A DNA stretch of 64,000 bases from Nageia nagi (taxonomy: Eukaryota; Plantae; Pinophyta). Location of the stretch: contig JBITNC010000001.1 in NCBI GenBank assembly GCA_050084985.1, positions 142,910,001-142,974,000 of the forward strand, in the 5' to 3' direction. A program made the translations under genes and the position numbers. The notes beneath the pieces are model-generated. The model worked only from the letters and a program-made list of their open reading frames with translations. It was not told where the DNA came from and did no database searches. Positions 1-13,489 of this stretch are shown here, piece by piece. Within the stretch, counting starts at the first letter, position 1. Each line of letters opens with the position of its first letter.

Positions 1-1011
1 TTCACATCTTATGATAATGTTGCCTCTTATATTTCCTTTGCCTTTTGAACTTTAGCTTCCTTTTATTCCCATGTTACCTTCTTTATTATTGTAGTATTTT
101 TAACCATGGGCCCCTCCAAGTTTGAATCCTCCACTTTTGATTCATCACTATATTCTATAATCTTCCCCCTTTATTGATCCTTGCTAACCTTCAAAATCCT
201 TTAATGGACTTCGACTCCTCCATAATAGAAACTTTCCTCCTTTTAATTAGAGTAATTTCATCCTCATCCTCCTCTAAATTTAGGACTTCATCAATGATCA
301 CCTCTTTTCCTTTAGTGAGTTTTATTCCCTTTCTCCTAGTACCAAGAAGTAATTATTTGCAGGAAACTAGGAAGCCACTTTTCCTACGAGTCACTACTTC
401 ATTATTCCCCTTTTTTCCTTTCTAGCATGTGATACATAATTAAATTAATGAGCCCTTGATATAGTGGAAATTTATACGTGTCCATATTAACTACATTGAT
501 GGATTTATCCAAATCATGAAATAATAAGGTTGGAATGTTAATCAAAACCCTATGGTGAATGGAATTCAAAATAGTAATATAATAACCAAAATGTCTTCTA
601 TACTTGCCATCTAGTGTCAAATATTCCATTACCTTTTTTGCAACTTTGTCCTATGGATTTGAAATGGACTCATGAGTGATTTCAAACTTAAGGCCAATAT
701 AGCATCTCCTCTCCCTTCAATAATTTGGCCAATTATTTCACTTGCTTTATCTTTATCTTATGAATTATCTCTTCTTCCTTTGCTAAGATCGATACTTCTA
801 CAATGAGGTGAAGAGAAATCATGAAATATAAACCATGAACCTCAACCTAACCATGATTCCATGAATTTTTAATCTATCTAGTAAGAATTACTTCATTGAA
901 ACCATTGAACCTTATAAAAAACTACAACAAACCAAATGGATCCATCAATGGGGCTATTTCTAAATCCACTGCATAAACATCAATCTCCATTTGTACTAAA
1001 TCCCCTCTCAT
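1..1011 (-). pseudogene. Degenerate TE-associated ORF of unknown function (copy 1 of a family also at 11230-12900)
   Basis: Minus-strand reading from ATG 1011: MRGDLVQMEI...F.RFNGFNEV...EYLTLDGKYRRHFGYYITILNSIHH...PLYQGLINL, then an acidic/Lys-rich tail running off the window; stops and frameshifts. Confidence 0.55.
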
Positions 1012-2352
1012 TTTTACTATTTGCAAAGGTAAATTATGAGGTGACTTTTACCAAATTACTAGCTTGATTTTTCTCTTGTACCCCTCTCCCTCCACCCCTT
1101 TCATGACTCAAGATCTAACTATACATCCACCTATTCATGACAAGGGTCAAATTTCTCATCAGAATTCCCCCTCCCATGCGGGGTGGTGATTCCCTAAAGT
1201 TGGCAACTCATGAAAAATCATGTGTTCATTTATTATTCCTTGATCCTTGCAATACAATTTTTGTAACTAAATACAAAAAATGTATCTAAATATTATTTTT
1301 AGGTACTTACAAATCTATACAAGTAAAGTTATGATTATCTAAATATATTTTGCAAGCAAATTATTTGAATCTTTATATTCATATTGAAGAAAATAGATGG
1401 ATTTTAAAATTAAATTCTTGAATAAAACATAAAAATAAAATATAAAATAAACATTAAAAATTAAAAATTTAATACATAATTATAAGTACCTAAGATAATT
1501 AAAAATAGTAATAAAAATATCACGTATTTTTAAAGAAAAATATAATTATAGAAGGTACTCAATTTTGACTTCTAAAAGATAATATAATCTAACACAATTT
1601 GACCTTAGAATATTTAAAAGGTTTAGAAGGCATAACTTCAACATGGTATTCTCTTATTAAAGTTATTTATTTTCACTCATATAATTGCTAAGAAGCATAG
1701 GATTTATCTTCATGAGGTAAATGAAAAAATCCAAAAATATGCACCTTTGGATATCCTCTTAAGCAATGAACATTTGATTTTTTATCATTTAGGTATGTTT
1801 TGTAAATGAAATACTTGAACCTCTATTTTCTTTATAGAGAAAATAGATTATTTTAAGGTTTAAAAAATAAATAAATAGTTGAATGATTTCATTTACAATC
1901 CATCAAATTCAATGGGTTATAGAACTTATCAAATTTTCTCAAAGATAAATATAAATAATTTATGCATTGAAATGATAGTTTTGATGAAACTAAGATTCAT
2001 ATTACAATTATCAAGCTTGCTTTGGTTTTCTTGATTTAAAAATTTATTTATTAGGTTGTAATTTTAAATATAATTATAGGTTTGTCTAATATTTTCATAA
2101 AATAGGCAGATAAGAAGAAAATGAGTCTCATCTTTTACTACATTTAGGTTACAAACTTACAAATTATTTTATCCCATAATATTTTTGGTATTGTCCATCT
2201 ATTTATTTCACTATTCAAATTCTTATGAATCAATTCTTAATTTTTTGATCATAATTTTCTTTCTTGGATTAATAATCTTATGTGGGTAGGATAGATGTTC
2301 AAGTTTTGGGTTGATGATATTTTTAGAGTAATCTATCTTTCATTATATTAAT

Positions 2353-2374
2353 ATATATATATATATATATATAT
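2353..2374. repeat. (TA)n microsatellite
   Basis: Direct inspection. Confidence 0.9.
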
Positions 2375-2518
2375 TGCTCTAAAAAATAATTAATTACTTT
2401 ATTTACAATTTGCAATTTTATTTTGCTATTATTTAAAAGAGTCATATTATTATGTGTGCCCTAGAAATTAAGCCACTTATTAGAGTCTTTTAGCCATTCT
2501 CTTTTAATACATGGATGG

Positions 2519-3216
2519 TGTAGCTTTAAAATTATGTAAATAATAATATAAACACAATGTATAGGTACATGATATGATACTTCCTCAAGTATACTGATAA
2601 ATAAATGAAAAATATACACCTGAATAGGATAAATCAATCCTCAAGGTATAAAAATAGAATATAGATGATTGGATCGGATCATAGGACTCAATGGTGATAA
2701 TAAATCATCTAGACCAACATTCATCACCCATTTCTATTTGTATCTTTGGATTGCAAGGAATCATTTTGTGAGTGATGTACGATCACTAAGGCTTGGACAC
2801 TTTAAAACCTACAGAATCAAGTCATGTGAAAAAGATAGCACATAATAGAATATCATAGAATAAAAAATCCTTGTATAGGTGGTGTCTAGAGACACCAAAA
2901 GTGTAGTATGATCGATGTATGGGAAACCACCTATCAAAGAGATTGAATAGGGATGTCAACCTCCAACTCCTCCTTTTATAACTTGCAAGAACATAGAAAG
3001 GAGTGAAAATTGACTCATAGAAATAGTAAAATATTTATGTTATTCAAGATACTTTAAAATATAGAGTATGGTAAATGATATTACATTTAATACAATGCAT
3101 GGCATTGCATTATAATATTAATTTTATCTTAACATATGTAATATTACTTTTAATATTTAAATAAGTCTAAAATAATAATTTCTAAATATATGATAAATTA
3201 TGTTTAGGCATATACA
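2519..3216 (-). repeat. 3' LTR of the 2519-10257 element
   Basis: TGTAGCTTTAAAATTATG...TTTAGGCATATACA, collinear with 9558-10257; adjacent TTTTTTCCCTCTTT is the PPT on minus. Confidence 0.88.
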
Positions 3217-5109
3217 TTTTTTCCCTCTTTGTATAAGAAATTAAAAGCATTGAAGTTGCATAATCTAAAGAAGCTTAAGAGAAGTGAAAATTTTTCAAAA
3301 TCAAAGTGGGCTTCCCTTTCATGATTGGTGTGTTGAGTATGATATCTCATTTTCCCCCTTTTGGTCTTAAATTGACCCTCACAATAATATATATGGGGTA
3401 ATCAAGAAAAAATGGCATCATGTATGCAGAGGAATTCACTAGGTATCATGGAGGTCCTACTTATCTAGGATGATCTATGAAAAAAATAATAATAATACCC
3501 ACATGGATAACATCCATGGAAATAATATTCAAAGTAAAGAGCAAGGATGAAATAAATAAATCATTCATTGTTAGACTACTATTTTTGCAACTCATATCCT
3601 ATGATCATCAAGTTGGTGAGGTAAAGATATTCCCTAAGCTTGTAAGAGAAAATTATGATCACATTGACCTGTAATATTGAAAATTTATGCTCATGGGGTT
3701 GTCATGGCTTAGAGCTTTCAGATTTTGTTAGTAAAATATGCATTCTTTTTTAAAATAATTCATAAGAGTAATATATGAAATATCCTCATTGTATGCCAAA
3801 TATTCAAAGAGATAATGGTCCTACTTCATCAATTACAATAGATTTTACATTCAAATTCATGTAGTTTTTATGGTGTTGACACCTTGAAGATAATTCTTAC
3901 CACATCATGGGTGTATTAATATTCGAATAATTATTAAAATTAGTCTTCTACAATATTGATCGTAATCATTATTAGGAGATATATTTATGAAATAATGGTA
4001 TTTTCAGATAGAAATACATGGAAATATTTACTATACCCATTTAACTTAAAATAATAGGTAAAATAAGGGTGTAGACATCATGAAATTCACAAAATTTATT
4101 TTTCAAAAAGAAATTTGATGAAGATAACATAATTTATCACTCAAAAAAATGTTGAAATTGAATATTGCATGTACCATTTCATGGAAATTAAAAATGGATT
4201 CATACCTAGGGCTTTTGCACAACTTTTATAAAAAAGGAGGTTTAACTTTTCATTTATCATTTTGATCTTTTGTCCCTTCTACATACTTAGATTGCTCCAG
4301 CTTTCTTACCTACCTACCTATGTGCTTTTAAGGAGTTGTTGATCATTTTGTTATATGTATTTGGAAAAGTGGTATCCACTAGAGTTTGTTTGACTATCAA
4401 TTTTACCTCATTTCTAGTGACATGATGGATTGGTGAGCAATTGAGAGGCCTTTGGTGAGACAATACAACCATATGGTAGAATACATTTGTTGTCTACCAA
4501 ATGATCATGTGGTGGGATTTCTTTGCTTATACTTCACATTTTATTTTATTTTTCTGCATTTTCACCTTATTGCAAAGCCTAGGGCTTGTGTAGTTACTTG
4601 TGAAAAAAAATGAGAAGGGGTATTTTGTTTTCTAATTTGATATTTATTTAAAATTTTGAATTTTTATACCTATTGTTACAAGAAATTTATCTTAACAAAA
4701 ATACATGAGGTTTTCATGTTGAACCTTATCATTTTTCATGTGTCAATGTTTGAGTTAGACTAGGGGGATATTTAATTTTATTATTGTTTTGAATTTGATT
4801 TCCATTCTTGTACATTATGTTAAGATTATAAAAGGGTTTTTGAAAACTTTTCCCTTAGGCTCAACCTTTGGCGGTAATCCTGTAGGAAGAAGAAAATGTT
4901 GGGGAATAAACTATTTTTACTTTGTTTTAGACTTTGTAAATCTAAACTTAGAATTTATAAACTATTTTGGGTCAGTTTGCTTTAGGTAAGGGAAAAATTA
5001 TTTTTCACAATCATTTTGTATTAAAACATGCATAGTTTTTTTTGTCAAATGTTTACATTTATTTGTATACATTGTATAAGTTTTGATAAAAAATTTATGT
5101 TTTATTATA

Positions 5110-6477
5110 TTTCTAGTACTACAAGCACCTGATACATGGAGGTCCAATGAAGCTAGAGGCTTTTGAGAGGTTCAAGGTTGGATTCGATCTAACCCAGATA
5201 ATGATCTCTTAGAGATAGTTAGACTCTATGACTTGGCCACTGCTAGTAATATTCAAATTGACTTCCCAGTTCTCATAGCATTGGTATAGCAATGGGACTT
5301 AGATGCTAATACTTTTCATCTCCCTACTATCAAGATGACTCTGACCCTATTGTATGTCTATTGGATATGGCATGTACCCATCCGAGGGAGGTTGATTTCA
5401 CATGCATCCATTAGAAAGAAGTAGGAGAAGGAGATATTATTAGCATAGTTGATTGACAATATCAACTATGACTAGGATCACCATGCAACATACCTTTATA
5501 CTATGTGCCTATATGATCCAAAGGTGAGGAACCTCTAGGTATTAATTGCATCCATCATTGTTGTGTTCTTTTGTATAAACAAGAATAATTTGGTATTTTA
5601 TTTAGGTTGGATTTGGATAGTTAGAGAAATTTGTATGAGGGGCACAACTTATGTGTGGGGACCTTATATCTTGGCTCAACTATATCAAAACTTACATAAC
5701 ATAGTGATGGTGGGTACGTCCAATGTGACTATGGCACATGCATCTCTTTTGCATGTTTAGGCATATGAATACATTATCATTTTTAGGCCCATTATATTGG
5801 CTAAAAAGTGAAGTTATCTTACAAATCTCACTATGTATTGATGGATTTCTATCTTACACTACTTTTAGGTGCCTTATGATGCTGAGGCAAGATAGAGAAA
5901 GATTGACTACCTCTAGGTCGAATACATAGTGTGGGTGGTCTATCAAGATTATGCTTAAGACAAGGATGCCCACTAGATTGCATAGGTGAGGTAACATTTC
6001 TTCTTACAAACTAGGCATAGAGGAATGGAGCCTTACTATCTAGGTCACATGTTGCAATATTTTGGATTGACCTAGGATATTTTGGAAAGGGTAAAGTATT
6101 ATTTAAGATAGATATATGATCTTGATGCACCAGATGATTCCCTAGTTATGCCTATGTGGAGAAGTATATGGGAGGAGCCTACTAAGGTTGATGGAAAAAT
6201 AACTATTTATTTTACCCCTAGTGTAGTTCTAGTGTATGAGGCATGGTGGGAAAACATCAAGCTAGACCCTCTTGGGATACCAACCTTAGATGAGGAGGAT
6301 GGTATGGAGGTCTTTATGAAGGAGTCATATGATGAGGATCATGGATATGTGGATATGCCTACTAAGGAGCCACCTTCTAATATGGCCCTAGCAAGGCCAC
6401 TAGCTTCACATACCCACGTAGTAGGGATAGACCTACTTGCAAATGTTATTCTATTACTACCTTTAGGTATACCTTAA
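5110..6477 (+). pseudogene. Plant mobile domain (PMD, aminotransferase-like) pseudogene, antisense to its host retroelement
   Basis: LIALV*QWDLDANTFHLPTIKMTLTLLYVYWIWHVPIRG (5272-5388), TYVWGPYILAQLYQNL, LLHV*AYE and EPYYLGHMLQYFG match PMD blocks; acidic tail. Confidence 0.85.
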
Positions 6478-7249
6478 GTTTTATTTACTTCAAGTTTTAT
6501 AATTTTATAAATTTTACCATAAATCCAATAACAAAGTAGACATTAAATATCATAAAAAAATTTGACAACAATCTTATCATTGATAACATGTCCAAGTTTT
6601 TTCTAATAGATTAACTTAAAGCCCTGTAATACACACTTAAAATAGTTGATTATCAAACACAGAAACACAATGCATTTTTATTTTCTTTTTTATCCTAGGA
6701 AATGCATGGAATGGAAACCGTATAAATAGTTCTATGGTGCCAACACCTTAAACATTTAGCAAATTTTTGAGAAAAATTTATGGACAAGTTGAAGTAGAAC
6801 AACCTAGTAACATAACGAAGCATGCATAAAAATACAAAAAAATGGAAAACATAAAAATACATTATAATACATGTTACTTTTTTATTTTATAAATTTAACC
6901 AATGATACGGTGTACCTAGGTAGTCTTAGGAACCCACTTACAATTTGTTGATGCAAATATAAAAATTGGGATCAGCTTGGGTAATGATTGCATGGCATTG
7001 GCAATGTTTTGACAATCTCTTATAGTGTTAGCGTTATTCATTATTTGAGATCAAGTTTTATTATTTCTTGGAAAAGCTCTTTGAGGCCTTCTAGTTGACT
7101 ATTTATGATGTTTTTTCCTACATCTATTAGATAAATAATATTGAGAACAATGTGGAGTACTTACAATTCTAATGCATCCTCTATGTTGTTGATTTGTTCA
7201 TGGTAGAGGATATATGAAAATTCCCATTTGGCCATTATATACATGGATA

Positions 7250-8800
7250 GGGCCAACATCACTCTCTTCTTATTTTGGTGTATTATATATCTGAATATTC
7301 TTTTGATCATTACGATCCTATATGATATTACTTAAATCCTGCAATTTTTTGTTACATGTCGAGGTGTTCTATGGTAATTCCAAAATTCTTCAAACTTATA
7401 ATTTTCAAGAACATCATTTAGAAAATGATGTTGAAATATTGGTGGAAGCTTGATAAGATCTTTATCTAAAAAATATTTAGAATATTATAACACTTTCATT
7501 TAACTTAGTAAACTTCCTTTTAGGTGGAAATTACTTTTCACTATTGCTACTATTTGTGTTGGAGATGTATAACTTGTTACCTTTGTATTGTTTCCTTTTT
7601 GAATCTCTTTATAGTTTTGCAAGATACAAGGCTTATTTTTAAGCAACTTGTTAATCATATTTCCCTAAAAGATATCATTATGATCAAGCACCTCTAGTTT
7701 AAACATAGGTGATAAAGCAATTGTAAAAGTATCTTTTAAATCTTTTTCAGTAGAAGCAACCTTATTGGTAATTTTTTCATATTTTTACAAAATCAACCAA
7801 ATATTATCCTTGAATTTGCTTAATTTTGTATAAATAATTAAATTTAGTTTTATCTTGAATTTTGTGTCTGAAATTGGCAATGAATTGTAAAACAAGATTT
7901 TCATATTTATTAATGCTTTTTTTCAAGAAGAGCAAAATACCACTTCAATACATCATATTTTAAACTAGTAGAAAACAACTTAGCAAGCATATCATGATCA
8001 TGGAGAAATTTAATAGCTTCTTTTTGAAATTTTCTAACATGCATTTTTGGATCTTGAAAACCATTAAATTTTGTAAACTTAATGTTTTGTTTTACTAATA
8101 TAAACTTTAGAATCAATCTTATCACTTAAATGATGTTTTAGATAAAGTAAGAAATCATCATATTCATTGTAAAATGCTTACTCAATTTTTGCAACTCTTT
8201 CATGTAATTGAGTGTTAAAATTAGTTGGAGTCACAAGAGCAAACTATACAATTGAGAATCAACAATGGGTTGTTGTGTCTGAGATGAGACTATAAGTTGG
8301 GAGGTAGGAGATTGTGGTATAAGTTGATTATCTTGAGGGGATGGAGGTGGGAATTGTTGGGAAATTATGTTATTCTATGGAGAAAGTGGAGGTATAGGTT
8401 GAGCGACTTTCCTAAATTCAGCATCTTTTAATTTCAAGAAGGAACCAATTCTATTACTTTGTTGTTCCTTTATCTTATTTAGAAAATCAAATATGAGATC
8501 TAATTATTGGTCATCGATGGCTTTTTGAAAGGTATCTAAATTATATGCCTCCATTAGAATATCAATTTTAATATCATCTTCCTCTTTAGTCCAGTTAGGT
8601 ATTTTTTCACAATCCCTATTAATTAAAGTATTTATTTGGTCAAACACATTTTTAGGTTTTTCAATTTCAATCATAATACCCTTTCCGTTATCATGATAGA
8701 TGTAGTTATTAAGCATACATGTTTCAAGTTCATTAGGAATATCTAGCTGGGGTATGTCAGCTTCATCATTATGTACAGGATTATTTTTAACTATCAATGT
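7250..8800 (-). pseudogene. Retrotransposon gag (capsid plus Cys/His knuckle), decayed
   Basis: KFNGFQDPKMHVRKFQ...LAKLFSTSLKYDVLKWYFAL (7910-8125); downstream FWNYHRTPRHVTKNC resembles the C.YH...GH.T..C knuckle (~7330-7390). Confidence 0.8.
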
Positions 8801-9557
8801 TTATGGAATATTTAGGGGTTATGTTTCTACAACATAAGTGACATATGAATAGTTTGGCATGGCATCGGTGCCCTCCTTTTTAAAAGAAAAAATCCTTCAT
8901 TTTAATAAACTTATATTTTTACATTAAAACAAAGAATCCAATGAAAGCAAATTTTCAAGTTCAGACTCTAATATCTCATGTTTTATTAATATATTCATAA
9001 TAGCTTCACTATGATTAGTAACAAAATATTCCATTCTATCAGTATGAGTCATCAATTATTTTATAGATATTATATATGTAGGGATGGCATTTAAATCATC
9101 AATTTCATATTCAATTATAAATGATACCTTAGACCTACCTTGATTTACACTTTCAAAATCACCATCAGCAAAGTCCATATTAAACCTATTAGGAGTTTGG
9201 CTAATAATATTCATATGATAACTAGAATTAATGGATTTGGATTCTTCTTCATCAGTTGTTATTTATCATGATGATGAGGTTCATAGAATTTAGGAGGTAT
9301 ATCAAGGTTTATCCTAGTACTACATCTAATTTCATCAAAATTAACCTTTCCCCTAGAAATCCTAGGTTGTTCTTTAGCAAAGAATATTTTTGGGACATAG
9401 GCAGAACAAAACCTAGTTTTATCATTTTGATAAGCAACTACTCTAATGAAATTAGGTAAAGGAAGATAGAGTAGTGCAAATGGATTCATGAATATCTAAA
9501 GAAGAATTCCCTAGGTAGGTAACCTAAGTATATAAGATCTATCAAGTTCACCAGAAA

Positions 9558-10257
9558 TGTAGCCTTAAAATTATGTAAATAATAATGTAAATACAAAGTA
9601 TAGGTACATGAGATGATACTTATTCAAATAAACTAATAAATAAATGAAAAGTGTGCACCTAAATAGGATAAGGCTATCCTCAAGATATGGTAATCAAATA
9701 TGAAGGATTGAATCAAATCAAAGAAGGACTTGATGGTGATAATGAATCATTTAGACAAACATTCATTGTCCCTTCTATCTATAGCTCTGGCTTGCAAGGA
9801 ATCATGAAGTAAGAATTATGTGAGAAATAGAGTATGGACACTTTAAAACCTACAAAATCAAGTCATGTGCAAAAGATAGCATGTAATAGATTCTCAAAGC
9901 TTAACAAATTCTCGAATAAGTGGTATCTAGAGACATCGTAAGTGTAGTATGATTGATATATAGAAAACCACCTATCATAGAGATTCAATAGGGATGTCAA
10001 CCTCCAAATCCTCCTTTTATAACTTGTAAGGACATAAAAATGAGTGAAATCCAACTCATAGCAATAGTATAATCTTTTTTTTATTCAAGACACTTTAAAA
10101 TATAAACCATGGTAAATGATATTGCATCAATATAATGCATGACATTGCATTGTAATATCAACTTTATCTTCATATATATAATATTTATTTTAATATTTAA
10201 AGAAGTATAAAATAATGATTTATTAAGTAAATAATAAATCATTTTTAGGTGTCTACA
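9558..10257 (-). repeat. 5' LTR of the 2519-10257 element
   Basis: Minus strand starts TGTAGACACCTAAAAATGAT and ends ...TTTTAAGGCTACA; followed by TTTCTGGTGAAC (possible decayed PBS). Confidence 0.88.
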
Positions 10258-10299
10258 TATGGGTTTGACAAGTTTGTTGGGAAATTACAAGAAGTCTAA

Positions 10300-11020
10300 G
10301 ATTATCTAACTTTATTAGTTTAGAATTGCATAATATATATTATCTTAGAGCTTTTATTTCAATAGGGGTATACCAAATTCCATAAAAAGGATAGGATATA
10401 GTGTGTTGTTTTCAATTTTAAAGTTATAAATAATGAATTACTTTTGAATTTGCTCATATTTACTTCATATTTCTAGAGAGATGCTTCCATCTTGAACTTC
10501 ACAACTATAGAGAATCACTAGAGTTATGTGGCATGAGGGAGGGATTTTCCTTTTGTCCCAATTCCAAAGTTCTACATTTTTTACAATTTATTTATAATCT
10601 ATTAAAAGCCTTCTATCCAATAAATTAAATTCCTTTTTCTAACACTAAAATTCCAATATAATTTATGATTAATATCAATACTTAAGCATTTATAAGATTG
10701 AATAACCTCTAAGGATTGATTATTAAATATGATTGTAGGTTGAAGCATCTTTTTAAATTTGATAATCATAATTTTGTATTTATCTATATTAATCATTAAA
10801 CCAAATATACTGCAAGTTTTTGAATAATATTTGATTGTTTTATAAGATTATCATAATATGCAGCTAACAAAACAATATCATCTACATAAACTAAAAGAAC
10901 AATGATGAGGTTATATGCCTATACACCCAACTTTTTTTAAATATATTTCTATTTGGTATATATAAATACTAAACAAAGTTGTAGATATAACATAATTATT
11001 TTTTATACTAACAGTAAATT
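10300..11020 (-). mobile_element. Non-LTR (LINE) reverse transcriptase fragment
   Basis: Minus strand: IIVLLVYVDDIVLL (YxDD at 10877-10888), FGLMINIDKYKIM, LEVIQSYKCLSIDINHKLYW. Confidence 0.8.
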
Positions 11021-11229
11021 GTAATATCAAAAAAATAGGTCTTATTAGACCCCCAAAACTTGTCGTAATGATGTTGTGTTTAAGTTCCAATAAAACTTAA
11101 CAAAAATAATTATCCAATATAATTGGGTGTAGCTAAACTACAACTACAACACAACTAAGAATTATTTCTAAATTCCTTATGCTCACCAAAACTAAATAAA
11201 ATATATTGAGAACATATACATGTCAATAT

Positions 11230-12900
11230 TCATAAAAGAAACATTCATCTTGCTTGAGGGGTAGCCCCCTCATCCTAGTTGGAAGGATCATCTTCTTTGA
11301 GGCTTTAACATGATTATTCTTCCCCTACATCCTGTAATCAGTTTTATCAATTTTCTACTTCTTCTTGGTTGCACCAACAAATACTTATTCATCAAGCCTA
11401 ACAACAACCAAGGGTTGAATTACCATGGAGGTAGGGACCCTATGATCTTTTGAACCTTTCATAAGGTGACACTTATCAAGTTACATGTTTTCCTATTGTG
11501 CCTCCCTAGGGTCTCCATATTTCTCCACACTAGGCACCTTAGTCTCTTGCACATTTTCCTTTAGAACATATTCTATTACCTCAATTGTATCCTTAATGAC
11601 TTCATTTTCTAAATCAATCTCCTACAAACAAATTTCTTAAAGAATCTTCATGAAATATTCTAAGATTCCTTGTTATTCTTTTTCTCCTTGAATAATAATC
11701 CCATATTGGTACTCCTTACCTTCCATAATGATGTCCTCCACTATTACATCTATCCTAGGAGTCTTAATTTTAGCATCCTCTCCAACTTCATCAAGCACTA
11801 GGGTTTCAGTCTCAACCTCCTTATCCCCTTTATTTGCTTCCTCTTCTTCAACCTCCTTAGAGGTAAAGCCAAATATTTCACCTTCATCCTTGAAGTCACC
11901 TGCATTGTCCTCCATAACAAGGGGGCAAGCTATTAAGGTCGATAGGACTATTTGAGACATCCTTGGTCTCCTAGTACCACCCCAATTTCAGTTCTTCTAA
12001 CCTTTTCAACCACTTACTCCTCCTTTCTCTTATGGTCAAGATGGATTTTTTTCTTGTCCTCCACCTCCACTAAGATTGGGCTCTACTTCCTTTCTTTTGG
12101 AGTCTTCTTAGTTTGAACAAAAGGATCTTTGGGGGATTTACCATCATTACTAACCATTGGGCTTTTCAAATTCTCCTTAACCCTAAACCTATCCTTAGGG
12201 TATTCTTTGTATTGTTTCCCTCTCCCCTAACTTTCCTAAATAAGCTTTGTCCAATTGCTATTCTTCACTTGCATATCTTGTTTTAACAACAAATTGGTTG
12301 TTGGCTAAGAAGCAATAATAGCCTTGTACATCAAGGCCAAAATACCTTTGTATCTAGGTTCATCACATTGCCCCTTTCATACCATACCTACTAAAGTACT
12401 TCCCTACACTCCTCCTTAAGACCTCCCCACCTAAACTAATTAAGATGTAACAAATGTGAGTTGAAGATTGTGATATATATATCACCCAATGTGAAGTACC
12501 TAATAACCCACATTAATATTCTATCCCATGGATTGGGTAAATGCTTGAGCACATAACCCATCCCTACCTTTATAGTATCTTCATCCATAGTGTAAAAAGC
12601 ATCAATTTTGAACTATTAGGATTTTTCATTCCTTAGTAAGCATCTTCCTAAGAGGCTTAATCTAATAACTTTGATAAATGCCTCCATGGAAATGTTAATA
12701 AGGATAGAACCAACTTGAGTATTACCATTGTTACATCTCACAACAATTTTTTGAGAAATTATCAAGATGAAATCATTACAAACTTTTAAATATCTATCAA
12801 CTCCCCCACATTGAAGTGAGTTTCAACATTTAAGATCCAACTTAACCTCCCTCACATTTTCAAGCTCTATTTTGTATGATTTCCCCATCCTAGTAGACAT
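11230..12900 (-). pseudogene. Degenerate TE-associated ORF of unknown function (copy 2 of the family at 1-1011)
   Basis: MSTRMGKSYKIELE...WVIRYFTLGDIYITIFNSHLLHLN*FRW...YKGILALMYK, then Lys-rich and acidic low-complexity segments (track ORF 11673-11960). Confidence 0.55.
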
Positions 12901-13489
12901 TCTTCTCACAATCACAAATGTTGATGATATGAGTGGAGATTGAGTTATAGGATTTGAAATTCTACCACTTTAGAATATAAGATCTCCCTTCTCATGAATC
13001 ACTATATGCAAATTTGTCACATCAATGGACCACAATCTATGGTATTCATGCGAATTAATGGAGTTCGTACTTATTCTTATGCATGGATGACAACCAACAC
13101 CATCTTGTTTATTCATTTATTTCCTACCTTTTATAATAATCAAACATAGTTGATAACTCTTCCCCTTTCAAGTGTGATGCACTAATTAGAGACTATTGTA
13201 TGACTTATGTCTGCTAACTAAACCCCTATCAGGTCCATCGATAGTCATCTCAATCTTGCAAATTTTAACACCATTTTGGTTATTTTTGTACATCCTTTGA
13301 TTGAGACAATCACATGGATTCCCTCCCAAGGGTATTTATGATCCTATGCTCTTCATTCTAGAGTAATTCATAGTGAGAGTAGATGTCCACTCTACTCTAG
13401 AGTAGTTTGCATACCCTTTATGATTTCCTCCATGGTCCTCTTAGCCCTAGTTTATTTATTTGATGGCTTTTTATGATCTTATTGCTCAG

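Larger units (their letters stand above)
2519..10257 (-). mobile_element. Complete non-autonomous Ty3/gypsy (Tat/Athila-like) LTR element: gag plus antisense PMD, no pol
   Basis: Two homologous ~700-bp LTRs (2519-3216, 9558-10257) with TG...CA ends; near-perfect 5-bp TSD GATGG (2514-2518) / TATGG (10258-10262); minus-strand PPT at 3217-3230; gag motifs inside. Confidence 0.88.

Noticed and set aside
5110-6477. Host MAIN/MAIL-like gene
   Set aside because: It lies between the paired LTRs of a retroelement, is disrupted by stops, and has no PP7 or other host-type fusion
11728-11955. Ser-rich plus-strand ORF (also 174-425 and 44752-45600)
   Set aside because: Antisense reading of Glu/Lys-rich minus-strand TE ORFs
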